64,000 nucleotides of DNA. Source: Cyanophora paradoxa CCMP329. Lineage: Eukaryota; Plantae; Glaucophyta. This document shows positions 47,501-59,130 of this stretch, one piece after another. Location of the stretch: NCBI GenBank assembly GCA_004431415.1, contig QPMI01000005.1, forward strand, positions 682,001 to 746,000, written 5' to 3'. The notes under the pieces were generated by a model. It was given only the letters and a program-made list of their open reading frames with translations, had not been told where the DNA came from and ran no database searches. A program made the position numbers and the translations under genes. Numbering within the stretch: position 1 is the first letter of the stretch; each line of letters begins with the position of its first letter.

Positions 47501-50500
47501 CCCTTCTCCTCCCGCGCTAAAAATAGGCGCAGGGACGGCGACTCGGGCTGGGCCGGCACGGCCTGGGGGGGTATCCTGGACTTCTACTCCCGCACCCTCA
47601 GGTCCCGAAGCCCCGTACCCCCTCCATCCCCCAACTCATTCCCGTACCCTCCCTTTAGCACGGCGGGGAAGCCGGGCGTGGACATGTACGTACCCGCCTT
47701 CGCCATCGAGCTCATCGTGCGCCCCTCTACCCCCTGTACCCGCCCCTCCCTCCAATGTATTTTCGGCGCAGGCGTTCTTCTACCTTGCGCTGGCGTTCCG
47801 CTTCTCGACGACGGGGGCGACTCTGACGCAGCGCTTCTCCGGCGGCCTCTTCGAGGTACCCCCCGAAGCTCCCCCCCCCCCCCGCCCGAGCCGCCCCTCC
47901 TCCAGAAACCAACTCTTCCCTTCCTTCCCCCCTTCCAGATCGGGTGGATCGTGGTGCTGCTGCTGCAGTTCGGGGCGATCGTCGTCCAACGCATCGCCTA
48001 CCTCTTCCGCTCCGTCCAGGTGCGAGCGCGCGCCAGTCCCTGCGGCTATTTTTAGCACGGGAGGAGAAGGGGGTACAGGACCTCTCTGCTCTGCGCCCGC
48101 GCGCCTGCCAGAGAGCCAGAGAGAGCCTCCCCCTCTCTACTCTCTGCTCTGCTCGCCTGGGCTAGGCTCGATCCGTCCCCGCCGCTGCGCCCCTGACGCC
48201 GCCCCTCTTCCTTGGCAGGCGACGATGGCGATCATGTACGTCACCATGCTCTGCCTCCACGTCGCGGTCCGTCTTCTCTTATATATCTATCTTCTTAGAG
48301 CGCCCTCTTATGTAAATAGGCTTTGATAGCTCTAGATAGCGTCCTCTTATAGCAAATTATCTGATAGCAAATTATCTAATCGATGGAGTTCTAGCTCTAG
48401 CTCTAATGGCGAAAAAAATCGAACAGATAGAGCCCCTCGTCCACCCTCCTCTTTCTGTTCTACCCTCCTCTCTTCCCCTCCTCCCCTCACGCTGCGTGGC
48501 AGCTCTTCTTCTCGCCGGCGGGGCGGGCGGGGTTCCCGAGCTACGGCGTGGCGGTCGGCTTCTACCTCCTCAAGTGCGCCGCCGCCGCCCTCTGCTGCGT
48601 CCAGGTGCGCCGGGCCGGCCCTGGGCGGGGCGGGGCGGACCGCGCGGGCGGAGATGGGGCGTGGACGAAGAAGGGGGGTGAGGGGAGGGAACAAGGCGGA
48701 AACGGGACGCAACGCCTCGCCGCGCCTCACCTGTACCCCCCCCCAGATCAAGCTGGCGTACCCGGCGACGACGCGGGGCCACTACCTCACGCGCTCCTTC
48801 TCCCAGTTCCACCAGGTCGCCTTCCTGGCGCGCCCGTACCCCCCGCCCCCTCCCAACGCCCTCCAATCTCGCCTCCGCTCACCCCGGGCAGGCGTACATG
48901 TCGATCCCGTTCCTGTACGAGGTGCGGACCCTCCTCGACTGGACCTTCACCGACACCGCGTTGAAGGCGCGCCGCCCCTCCACTCCACTCTACTCTACTT
49001 GTACTCACCTTTGACCCCCCGCTTGCTCCGCAGTTCTACTCGTGGCTCAAGCTGGAGGACATCTTCGGCAACCTCTTCATCGTCCAGTGCGGTGCGCCCG
49101 CCCGCCCGCCCCCGCGCGCCCTCCGCCTGCAATTGGGCTGCGCTCTAGGCTTAGGCCTTAGGCCTTCCGATCCGCTATCTTCGATCGGCCGCTCTAATTT
49201 TGTTACATATGGCCGCCTCCGATCTGCTATCCTGTCTTCCACGCTTTCTCGCCCGCCCCACGCGCCCTTCGCTCGGGCTGCGCCCTTGGCTTAGGCCTTG
49301 GGCCTTGGCCGTTTCGCTCTAGCTTCGCGTCTGCCTTTTAGCTTTGCTTGGTTTTATGGCCGCTTTGGCCGCTTCCGATGCGCTATCTTTGATCGTCCGC
49401 TTTAATTTAACGGCCGCTTTTACGCTTTCGTCGCCCGTCGGGCCCCATCTCACCCGCCCGCGCGCAGAGCGGCAGGCGGACCGGGAGAACGGGCGGCGGA
49501 CGGGGGACCCGCAGCCGCGGCCAGTCAAGATCTCCGTCGGCTGCGCCATGTTCTGCGTCGTCCTCCTCATCATCTGGGGTCCGCCCGCCCGCCCCCTCCT
49601 CGACTCCCTCCCGACGGTTAAGACGCTTAAGACAAACGCTCAAGACGCGTGCACAGGCGATGTTGATAGGACCTTAGCGTCGCTTGCACGCGCGCGCCCG
49701 TCGCGTGCACATAGACGTTAGCGTCGCTTGCGCGCGCGCGCCCGTCGTCATCGCCCGTCCTCGCCGCTTATCCATCCTCATCATGAACGCCGCCGGGCAG
49801 GCCCGCTGCTGATCTTCTCGACGGGGAACCCGATCATGTCCGCGAACCTCGTCACCACCGCCTCCGCCCGCCTCAGTCCGCCCCCGCCCCCGCCCCCGCC
49901 CCCGCCCCGCCCAGCATCTCTTCTCCGCCCCGGCCTCTAGAATTCGAGGTAGAGAATAGCTTCCGCCCCGCCCGCGCTGACGGTGGCGGGGGGGCCGCAG
50001 GCCTGGCGACCGGCGAGGGCCTCTACCAGGTCTACGTCGGCGAGGTACCCCCCCCCCCCCGCCTCGCCCCGCCTCGCCCCGCCCCGCCCCGCCCGCATAG
50101 GAGTCCGCCGCTGCCCACTGAGGGGCCTAGACTCTCATCATCTGCGCCCTGCCCCCCGCCTCTACTTCTTCGTACTCTGAGCCCTCCTCCCACTTCTTCG
50201 GCAGGTGCACAACGCGCCGGCGGTGAGCGACGAGGCCTTCCTGCGGCTGCAGAACGCCCACCCCAACGTCCCCTGGGGTCCGCCAGCCCGCCCGCGCCCC
50301 CGGCCCCGGCCCCGGCCCCGGCGCCCGATGCCTTCAAACGTAGAAGGGGACTTCGACGAAACTTAGAGGAAGGGCCCGAGATCTGACGCCCGCCCCGCGC
50401 CGCAGACTCTTCGTTCCGGGGGAACACGCAGCTGCTGCGCTTCCCGCAGTGGTCCCTGGGCCAGTGGGAGATCTCCCCGCCCGCCCGCGCCGCCCTCGTG

Positions 50501-53438
50501 CGTGCCCCGCCCTCGTCCCCGCCCCCGATATCTTTCTTCGATCCCGAACTTTCCGTCGATCCCGAACGTTTCTTCGATCCCGAACTCGGCGCGCGCAGGT
50601 GCGCGCCCTCAACGACTCGGCCCAGGCCCTCTCCTTCACCTTCACGGTCCGCCCGCCCCCGATATCTTTCTTCGATCCCGAACTTTTGGTCGATCCCGAA
50701 CTATCTCTCTTCGATCCCGAGCCCGGGCCCGCCCGGTTCTAGAGGGGCCTGGCCCGCCCGCCCGCCCGGGCTTACATCTATGAGGAGCGCTGTCTGTCTG
50801 TCTCGGCCCCGCACAGGGGCTTACATCTATGAGGAGCGCTGTCTGTCTGTCTGAGGAGGGCTAGCGCTTCTTCTTCACACTGCACCCTCCTTTGAAGCGT
50901 GCCGTCGGTCTAATCGCCGTCTTGGTCCTATCTGGCACGGGTCTAGAAGGGGCTTGGGCGGGCCTCTCTTTGATCCCTTCTAATCGATCTGACGTCGGAA
51001 ATCCCCGTCCCCAGCTCACGTTCCTGCGGGGCGGCCCCCCCTCCAACGTCAAGGTCGAGGTCCGCGTACCCCCCTCTCTCCCATCCCCCGCCCCGCACTC
51101 GATCCCAGCGGGGGCGGGGGCGGCAGGTGACGTCGACGGGGGCCCTCACGGAGGAGATGCGCCGCTCCCTCCTCTCCGGTCCGCGTACCCCCCCCTCCCC
51201 CTCCCCCCCCCCCCCCCCACACACACACCTCCCTTTGTTCTGAAAATCACCTCTCACATCCCCCGCCCTCAGACGTCCCTGGGACGGCGCTGCCGCCGCT
51301 GGTACCCCGGTTCCTTCGGCTCCAGGGGCAGGGCCAGCCCCAGGACCTCGACCCCCAGGTACCCCCCTCCTACCCCCCCCCCCCCCCCCCCCCCCCCACA
51401 CACACACATTCGTTCCCTCGCTAGCTCTAGCGCTAGCTCTATATATTTCTGCGCGGCGCCGGCGCGCGAGGCCGGCACGAGCTTTCCCTTCCTCCCTTAG
51501 TCCGTAGACTGACAAAGACCGACTGACCGGACCGCGCCGGCGTGCGATGCCGGCCTGAGCGTTCCCTTCCCCCCTTGGTCCGAAGAGTGGCATGGACCGA
51601 CTGACCGGACCTGCCCCGGCGTGCGAGGCCGGCGGGGAACTTCCGCTTCAGCGAACTTTTAGTCGATCCCGAACTTTTAGTCGATCCCGAACTTTTAGTC
51701 GATCCCGAACTTGTAGTCGATCCCGAACTTTTAGTCGATCCCGAACTTTTAGTCGATCCCGAACTTTTAGTCGATCCCGAACTTTTGGTCGATCCCGAAC
51801 TTTTAGTCGATCCCGAACTTTTGGTCGATCCCGAACTTTTAGTCGATCCCGAACTTTTGGTCGATCCCGAACTTTTGGTCGATCCCGAACTTTTGGTCGA
51901 TCCCGACTGACCGGCCGCGGCAGGCGCGGCTGGCGGGGGCGCTCCGCTTCAGCGCGGCCTCGCTGAGGGGCCCCGACGCCGGCCCGCCCTTCTGGTCCCT
52001 CACCGCGCCCCCGGACTCCAAGGGCGGCCCCGAGGTGCGTTCTTTCGAGCGTTCCCGGCGAGCCGCCCGCCAGAGCGAGTAAGAAAGTAAGAAAACAGGA
52101 CAAAGAAGCCCAAGGATTATGTATCGCGCCTCGGCGCCCCTAAGCCGCCCCGCAGCCGCAAGCGCAGCTCCAGCAACTCTAGCAGCCGCAAGCGCGCCCC
52201 TAAGCCGCCCCGCCCCCGTTTCGACACGCCCCGCGCGCGCAGGTGGTGGCGGTGTCGGACCCGATCCCGACGGGGGTCATCGGGGAGACCCTCGCCTCCA
52301 TCGGCCTCTCCGGCCTCTGTGCGCCCCCCCCCCCCCCCCCTTGCCCTGTCCCGTCCCGTCGCACACGAAAGCAAGTGTCTTAGATCGAACATGGAAGAAC
52401 GTCTATAGCGTCGTAGATCGAACATAGAAGAACGCAGGAGACCGTTCTTCTGCCCGTCCCCCTCCCCCTCTGCCGCCCGTCTGACTGGGCCGCCGCTCTC
52501 GCGCCGCCTCCTCCTCGCAGATGTGACGGTGCCGCACCCTCCCCGTCGAGCTGGAGCTCGCGTCTAATTGTGTAACTTGAACAACCGACCCGCCGGCGCC
52601 GCGCAGTTTGTGCTCGGTGTCTCCCGCTTCCTCCGCCTCTTCCTCTCCCAGCTCCAGGCCCGCCCCCGCCCCCGACCCCGGCCCCCTCCCCTTAGAAGCT
52701 GCAGCGACGCCATAGAAGCGACGAGGAAGCTGACTTTCTCGCCCCGCCCCCGCCCCCGGCAGACGCGGATCATGTACGAGGACATCCCGGAGCCGGCGGA
52801 CGTCTGGCAGCTCTGCCTCGACATCTACGCCGCCCGCCAGGCCCGCCCCGGCCCCGCCCCTGCGCATTCCACGGCCCCCGCCCCCGCCCTGCGCCCGCCC
52901 TGGCACGTTGCCATAGGCCCTTCCATGAAACATTAGCTCCCCATAGCATCGGCCAGCTGGAGACGCGAGCTTCCATTAGCTGCCCATAGCATCGGTTCTC
53001 ACTGACCGACTGCGCGCCGCGTCGCCACAATAATTATAATAATAATAATAATTATAATAATAATAATAATAACAACAACAACAGGACGGGGACCACGTGC
53101 TCGAGGAGAAGCTCTACAAGGAGCTCATCGAGCTCCACAGGCGAGCTTTCTTATAATTGCATCCCATTGTTTTCTTAAGAGCCTTAAGTCTTCTTGTTTT
53201 CCTACGTACTGGAGACTAAGAGGCCTCCTAGGCCCGGCCTATGCCCGCCCCCTCCTTCGATTTCCTGCCTGGCGCGTTCGTTTGCCGCGTCCCAGTCTGA
53301 GCGGGCGGGGCGGGGCGGGCGCGCAGGAGCCCCGAGGCGCTCATCGCGATCACGGCGCCGCGGCACGCGGAGGGGGGCGGGGCCCCGCACCCGACCTCGC
53401 CCCCGCACCCGCACCCGCCCCGGCCGGCCCAGCCCTAG
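35508..53438 (+). CDS. PIEZO: Piezo-type mechanosensitive ion channel, full length, many dozens of short introns
   Basis: N-terminus LLLAGALRQNIISLVYLILF followed by many TM exons. The C-terminal pore module reads AYMSIPFLYEVRTLLDWTFTDTALKFYSWLKLEDIFGNLF, KISVGCAMFCVVLLIIWGPLLIFSTGNP, GLSGLYVTFVLGVSRFLR, RIMYEDIP..LCLDIYAARQDGDHVLEEKLYKELIELHRSPEALI. Stop TAG at 53436-53438. Confidence 0.96.
51652..51903 (+). repeat. Intronic 18-bp minisatellite, 14 copies (CGAACTTTTRGTCGATCC)
   Basis: Direct tandem array inside a Piezo intron. Related TCGATCCCGAACT units occur at ~50535-50590 and ~50670-50720. Confidence 0.95.
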
Positions 53439-54614
53439 GCAGCGTAGGCGCACAAGTTACAGCTAGTTTTCCTGAATTGCAGTCGGGTCGATCGCGAGCC
53501 CTAGGCGTCAGGCAAGTGAGCTTCCTTTATCACTGCAATTGCAAACATATCAGGCTCAGCTAGAGCCTTTGGAAAGAATAAATGAGATAACTGATCGCCG
53601 GCCGCGGCCAGGGCATGGTCGTGATATCGATGGAGAACCTCTTTTTCTATGGGGGATATCGATGTTTAGCTAGAAAAATTCCTTCTTTTAATGTGTAGTC
53701 AAGTTGCACTCGTAGAAGGATAAAGAAGCAGCAGGGGGGCAAGAGCCCCCCCCCCCCCCCAATTAAATGATGACATGACGAAAGAAATTTACATGCAGAA
53801 ATGAAGTTTTATTACGCGATCTAGAATTCGAATTGGAACGTGCATGCCATGATGCGCAGCCCTGGCAGCTAGGGGTGAGCAGAATAGCGCGCTAGCGTCG
53901 ACGTCGGAGCCGGGCCGCGGGTGCGCGGCCCGGCTCCGCGATCGCGAGCTCGAGCCTCGAGTTCACGTCTGTCGACGTCAGTACTAGTAGCGATAGTCTG
54001 TCACATGATCCGATGATCATGGACTGTGATGATGTACCGGTACAGACCGTAACATGCAGTGTGGACTCGCCGTGGAGACGGTGGCGCCATGGACTCTGGC
54101 ATGGAGTGGCATATGCATGGACTCGTGGAGGAGTTTTTCATGGATATGACTCGATTCAGTGCAGCGAGATCGTGAAACCCTTGAAGGAAGTTGGAGGAAC
54201 TTGAAAAACAGTTGGAGCGAGTTCGAATTCTTTTTTTCGTTTTTCATTCGCTAGCCTCTTAGGACCGCGCCCGTTTTTGCAGGGAATGGATCGTTGCTCT
54301 CGAGCTTGCGAGGTCTCGAGGTTCACCGAGTACGTCCTGGTGGCAAAAAAGAAGAGGGGTAGCCTGCGGCGGCTTGCACATGCGCGAAGCGCTCAGGTCC
54401 TCGGAATAAAGGCTCGGATACATCAGCAGCAGCGGCGCGGCGCTCGCATCAGCAGCCTGGAAGTACCGCCCGACCAGCAAAGCTCAAAGCTTAAGCCGCT
54501 GCGCAGCACGAGTTCTAGCGAATTTATATAGCAGCCGCCGGAGCAGCAGTTCGCCGCGGCGCGTCTGCCCGGCCTTCACCGCGTACGCCGCAGTTCGCCT
54601 CGAGAAACACGACC

Positions 54615-56866
54615 ATGTCCGCCGTGATCGACGACAGGGTGCGCGCAAGAGGTCTTAAGAATCTGCGCACAAATCTTAAGAGCCGCGGGCGCTTCTAGGC
54701 CTAGGCCTATAGCTAGGCCAGCAGTCGCCGCCGGGCCGTGCCGCCCGGCCGCGGCCGCGGCCGCGGGTCGCCGCCCGCGGCGCCAGGCGCGCGCGGGGCG
54801 CGGCCTGTATACGTATCGCCTCTAAGCGCGGCGCGGCCTGAAACGCCCCGGCCTGCAGCTGGCCCTCCACAGCGCTAGCGCGGGCCGGGGCGTGCAGGAA
54901 CTCACGACGCCGAGTCGCGCGCGCAGCTGCTGGCGATGAACAACGACCACGAGGGAGAGGACGAGGTGAGAGCCTGTCCGATTCGATTTCGGTTTATACA
55001 AATTTGCGCGGCTGAGCGGCTGCCGGCCAGAACCAGGAGGACGTGACAATCGAGGAGGCGGTAACGGCGTCCAACGACCACGAGGGCGAGGACGAGGTGA
55101 GAGGCTGCTCGATTCATTTCCGGTCTATTTAGAGTCGCCAGCCTAAGCCGCCGTCGGTCAGAATCAGGAGGACGTGACCCTCGAGGAGGCGGTGACGGCG
55201 TCGAACGACCACGAGGGCGAGGACGAGGTGAGAGTCTGTTCGGTTCGATTTCGGACTATATATTTAGAATCGCGCGGCTGAGGCGGCTGCCGGCCAGAAC
55301 CAGGAGGACGTGACCTTCGAGGAGGCGGTGACGGCGTCGAACGACCACGAGGGCGAGGACGAGGTGAGAGCCTGTTCGGTTCGATTTCGGACTATATATT
55401 TAGAATCGCGCGGCTGAGGCGACTGCCGGCCAGAACCAGGAGGACGTGACCCTCGAGGAGGCGGTGGCGGCGTCGAACGACCACGAGGGCGAGGACGAGG
55501 TGAGAGCCCGTTCGATTCGATTTCGGTTCATTCATATTTGCTCGGCTGAGCGGCTCGCGGCCAGAACCAGGAGGACGTGACCCTCGAGGAGGCGGTGGCG
55601 GCGTCGAACGACCACGAGGGCGAGGACGAGGTGAGAGCCTGTTCGATTCGATTTCGGTTTATTCACATTTGCTCGGCTGAGCGGCTCCCGGCCAGAATCA
55701 GGAGGACGTGACCCTCGAGGAGGCGGTGACGGCGTCCAACGACCACGAGGGCGAGGACGAGGTGAGAGCCCGTTCGATTCGATTTCGGAATATTCATATT
55801 TGCACGGCTGAGCGGCTCCCGGCCAGAACCAGGAGGACGTGACCCTCGAGGAGGCGGTGGCGGCGTCGAACGACCACGAGGGCGAGGACGAGGTGAGAGC
55901 CCGTTCGGTTCGATTTCGGTTCATTTAGAATCGCCCGCTGAGGCGACGGCCGGCCAGAACCAGGAGGATGTGACCCTCGAGGAGGCGGTGACGGCGTCGA
56001 ACGACCACGAGGGCGAGGACGAGGTGAGGGCCCGTTCGGTTCGATTTCGGAATATTCATATTTGCACGGCTGAGCGGCTCCCGGCCAGAACCAGGAAGAC
56101 GTGACCCTCGAGGAGGCGGTGACGGCGTCGAACGACCACGAGGGCGAGGACGAGGTGAGGGCCCGTTCGATCCGATTTCGGTTCATTCATATTTGCACGG
56201 CTGAGCGGCTCCCGGCCAGAACCAGGAGGATGTGACCCTCGAGGAGGCGGTGACGGCGTCGAACGACCACGAGGGCGAGGACGAGGTAGGGAGCTAGATT
56301 CATCAGATTCCGGTTTACGTCGAGTCGCCCAGCTGAGTCGACGTCGACGGGCGCGGGCAGAACCAGGAGGACATCGAGTCGTACATCGCCATGCAGCTGG
56401 ACCAGGACGCGCAGCTGCTCGAGCAGCTCGCGCTGGGCAGGTCCGCGTCTGCTCTGCGCGCGCCGGCTAGAGGGGACGGGAAGACGGGACGGCTAGAAGG
56501 GACACCGCCCGCCCGCCGGGCCGCTCCCGACACCGCTGCGTGGATAGCGCTCCCCACTGCCTTTCTCGCCTCTGATCTCGTTCCGGCCGCCCGCCGGGCC
56601 GCCTAGCTCCAACGACGCTGCGCGGCTAGCGCTCCCCACTGCATCTCTCTCCTCTCTGCCACTGCCGAATCCACTGCCTTTTAGAATCTCGCAGCCGTCA
56701 CTTAATCTGGCGCTTTTTCAATGCCTTTTGCCTTTTCTAACTAAATCTCTCGCCGGGCAGCCTGCACTTCGAGCTCGAGCTCGAGGACGGCGGCGACGCC
56801 TTCGCGAACGACGACCACGAGGGCGAGGACGAGAACCAGGACGACATCGCCTTCGACCTCTTCTAA
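54615..56866 (+). CDS. Acidic tandem-repeat protein encoded by repeated exon-intron units (UIM-like repeats)
   Basis: TATA-like TTTATATA at 54523 and ATG at 54615 (the first splice junction is uncertain). Ten 66-nt phase-0 exons (CAG|..|GT) each encode NQEDVT[L/I/F]EEAV[T/A]ASNDHEGEDE. Exons 56361-56440 and 56761-56866 follow, ending ..DHEGEDENQDDIAFDLF*. Confidence 0.8.
54940..56285 (+). repeat. Tandem array of 131-136 bp units (66-nt exon + 65-70 nt intron)
   Basis: Exon starts at 55031, 55162, 55298, 55434, 55565, 55696, 55827, 55958, 56089 and 56220. Indels and most substitutions fall in the intron half of each unit. Confidence 0.95.
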
Positions 56867-57179
56867 TTCCGAAGTTCTAGCTCGCATCTGTCATCGATCT
56901 ATAATGCAATTGCAATATATATTTAACACGCCCCACAACTGGCTTCGAGATTCTGCCGAAGCCCATAATGATCATGCGCTCTCCTTGATTGACTTTGTTT
57001 GGTTGGAAATGTACATGTTCTGTATGTAAACTTGATAAAAGCTGCTGTGGCACGCGTAGACACCGGCTCCCGTCTCGTGCAAGAATAGGCAGCCGGCCGC
57101 GGCTGTAGTGCTGAGACTAGGCAGCTAACTTCATTGGCCCGCCTCCACCCAGCCCTTTCTCTTCACCCAGCCCACAAAG

Positions 57180-57219
<40 letters not shown>

Positions 57220-57728
57220 CCGCATCGGGCTAGGATAGGCTCGGATAGGCAGCTGTTCGATTGTTCTATCACCATCGGCTCAGCGGCTGCTGCCCTTGCC
57301 TGACTCAGTGAGCCCTCTTTCACAGCTCGAGCCGACGGTCCGAAGCTCCATTACGTATACGGCAGAGTGCTGGTGCGCATGCTTTGGCGCTTCATGATCA
57401 TCACTCAGTGACTGCTTTTTAAGGGCTTTACAGAAACTGTGCAAGGGAGAAAGAACTGAAGGGTGTATGCTTATCGGCCTTGGGGAAAGGGGGCGGAGGG
57501 CCTAGGGCGGGGAGAGCGCGACCACGAAGGCTTCGCCCCGTAACCGCTGAGCTGTAGGCCTGAGTGCGACGTAGGACTCCGGCAGCGTGGCTTGTTGCTA
57601 TCTCCTGGAATATTAATCTAAACCGAAATATCGAAATCGAACTGTGAAATCGAGTCTGAAACGGCCACGATGCGATCATGAGGCGCGCGGGTTGACTTGC
57701 GATTGCAATTGGCAGTGGCCGGTCTGCT

Positions 57729-59090
57729 TTATTGAATGTCGACGGGGTTCGTCGCGCGCCGCCCGCGTCTCCTCAGACGCCCCAGCCCAGCTGCAGCATT
57801 GCGACGCCAGCCATCGCCAGGGCGAGCAGGGGCGGGACACAGTGTGCCAGGCCTAGGCCAATCTGCGCATGTTGCATCGGCCAGCTCAGTCATGATCAGC
57901 TCATGATCACCGCATTTTCGAATGGCCCGGTCGAAAATCTAGAAGACGTCAACAGGGCGCACGATTGCAGTGTGCGCATGCGATGCGCCCGAGATGAGGG
58001 GGCTGTACGGGATTGAATTCGCAGTACTCGTGGGATTGACGTACTTGAACGCCTGCGAACTCAAGTCGTGAACATGTACTGGGCCGTCGACGCCAGAGCG
58101 AACACCAAACCGCTCCTACCTTCTCAATGACGATGGCGGCATAAGTCTTCGAAGAAAACTCGATGCGCAGGTTGTAGGCTTGCTCCGTGTCCAGCAGGAG
58201 GTGGCGCACACGCGCACGCGTGCTGCTGCTGTTGGAAGCCGCGGCGCTGGGCGCCAGGAAGCGGATCTCGCTGCTGGACCATATTTCGGCATAGGGCGCC
58301 TTGCGCCGCTCTCCCGTCGCGGGGTCGATGACGAAGATCTCAATAGGTTCGGGGTACTGAGATCGATATCGGATATGGGTGTGAGTTCTAGAGCCCGTTC
58401 GCGTTTGACCACGGGACGCGAAACTGCCGCAACCCCGGCTCCCTTTAAATTTCTGCCCCTCCTCACTCCCTCTTCCCCACAGCACCCTCCTGATCCCCAA
58501 TCCTTTCAGGTGCGACGCACCGGGAAGTTGGATCCCTTAATCGTAATGACGCTGCTCGATCCAGCCTGCAAGAAGCTTTTCAGCGAGAGAGCCAAGCCAG
58601 CAGGGTGAGACGACTGAGCGCTGACCACAGGGGCGACCACGCTTGGCGAGGCGACCGGAATCGCGTAGGACCCGTCCTGCGTGCGCAAGTCACGTCAAAT
58701 CTCGCACAGGACCGCGTTTTCGATCCGGATATATAGCGAAGCCTTTCCCCGCACCGGCATGAGCGTCCCATTGGTGACAGTCTGCTTTCCGAAGTTCGGC
58801 AGCATTCAATTTCAGCCGGTAAAGCGTTTCATGGAGCGGTAACGACCACGCGCACCGTAGATCCGAGGCCTGCTATTATAATTTGAAGATCTTTCGGCGC
58901 GGCCTGCACGTACAGGCGCATCGGTTGCCACACTTAATCTTCCGGACCAGTCATTTGCAGCACTGACCGGCAGGACGGAGGGCGAGGGCGAGGGCGAGGG
59001 TGAGGGTGACGGGGGTATCGATGCAGATGCGGGCGGGCTCGGGCTCGGGCTCGGCGTCGGGCTCTCCAGGCTCGGGCTCGGCGTCGCGGC

Positions 59091-59130
<40 letters not shown>

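Noticed and set aside
49140-49310. TTAGGC-like telomeric repeats
   Set aside because: Only a few imperfect copies inside intronic filler, not an array.
51592-52103. RS-like or KVRDR repeat ORFs
   Set aside because: These are translations of an intronic 18-bp minisatellite lying between Piezo exons.
55532-56186. Two 130-aa minus-strand repeat ORFs
   Set aside because: They are antisense to the exon array. Splice signals and the synonymous-change pattern support the plus strand.
54940-56285. CRISPR-like alternation of conserved and variable blocks
   Set aside because: The variable parts are homologous to each other and have GT..AG ends, and the conserved part is 66 nt of coding sequence. The context is eukaryotic with no cas genes.
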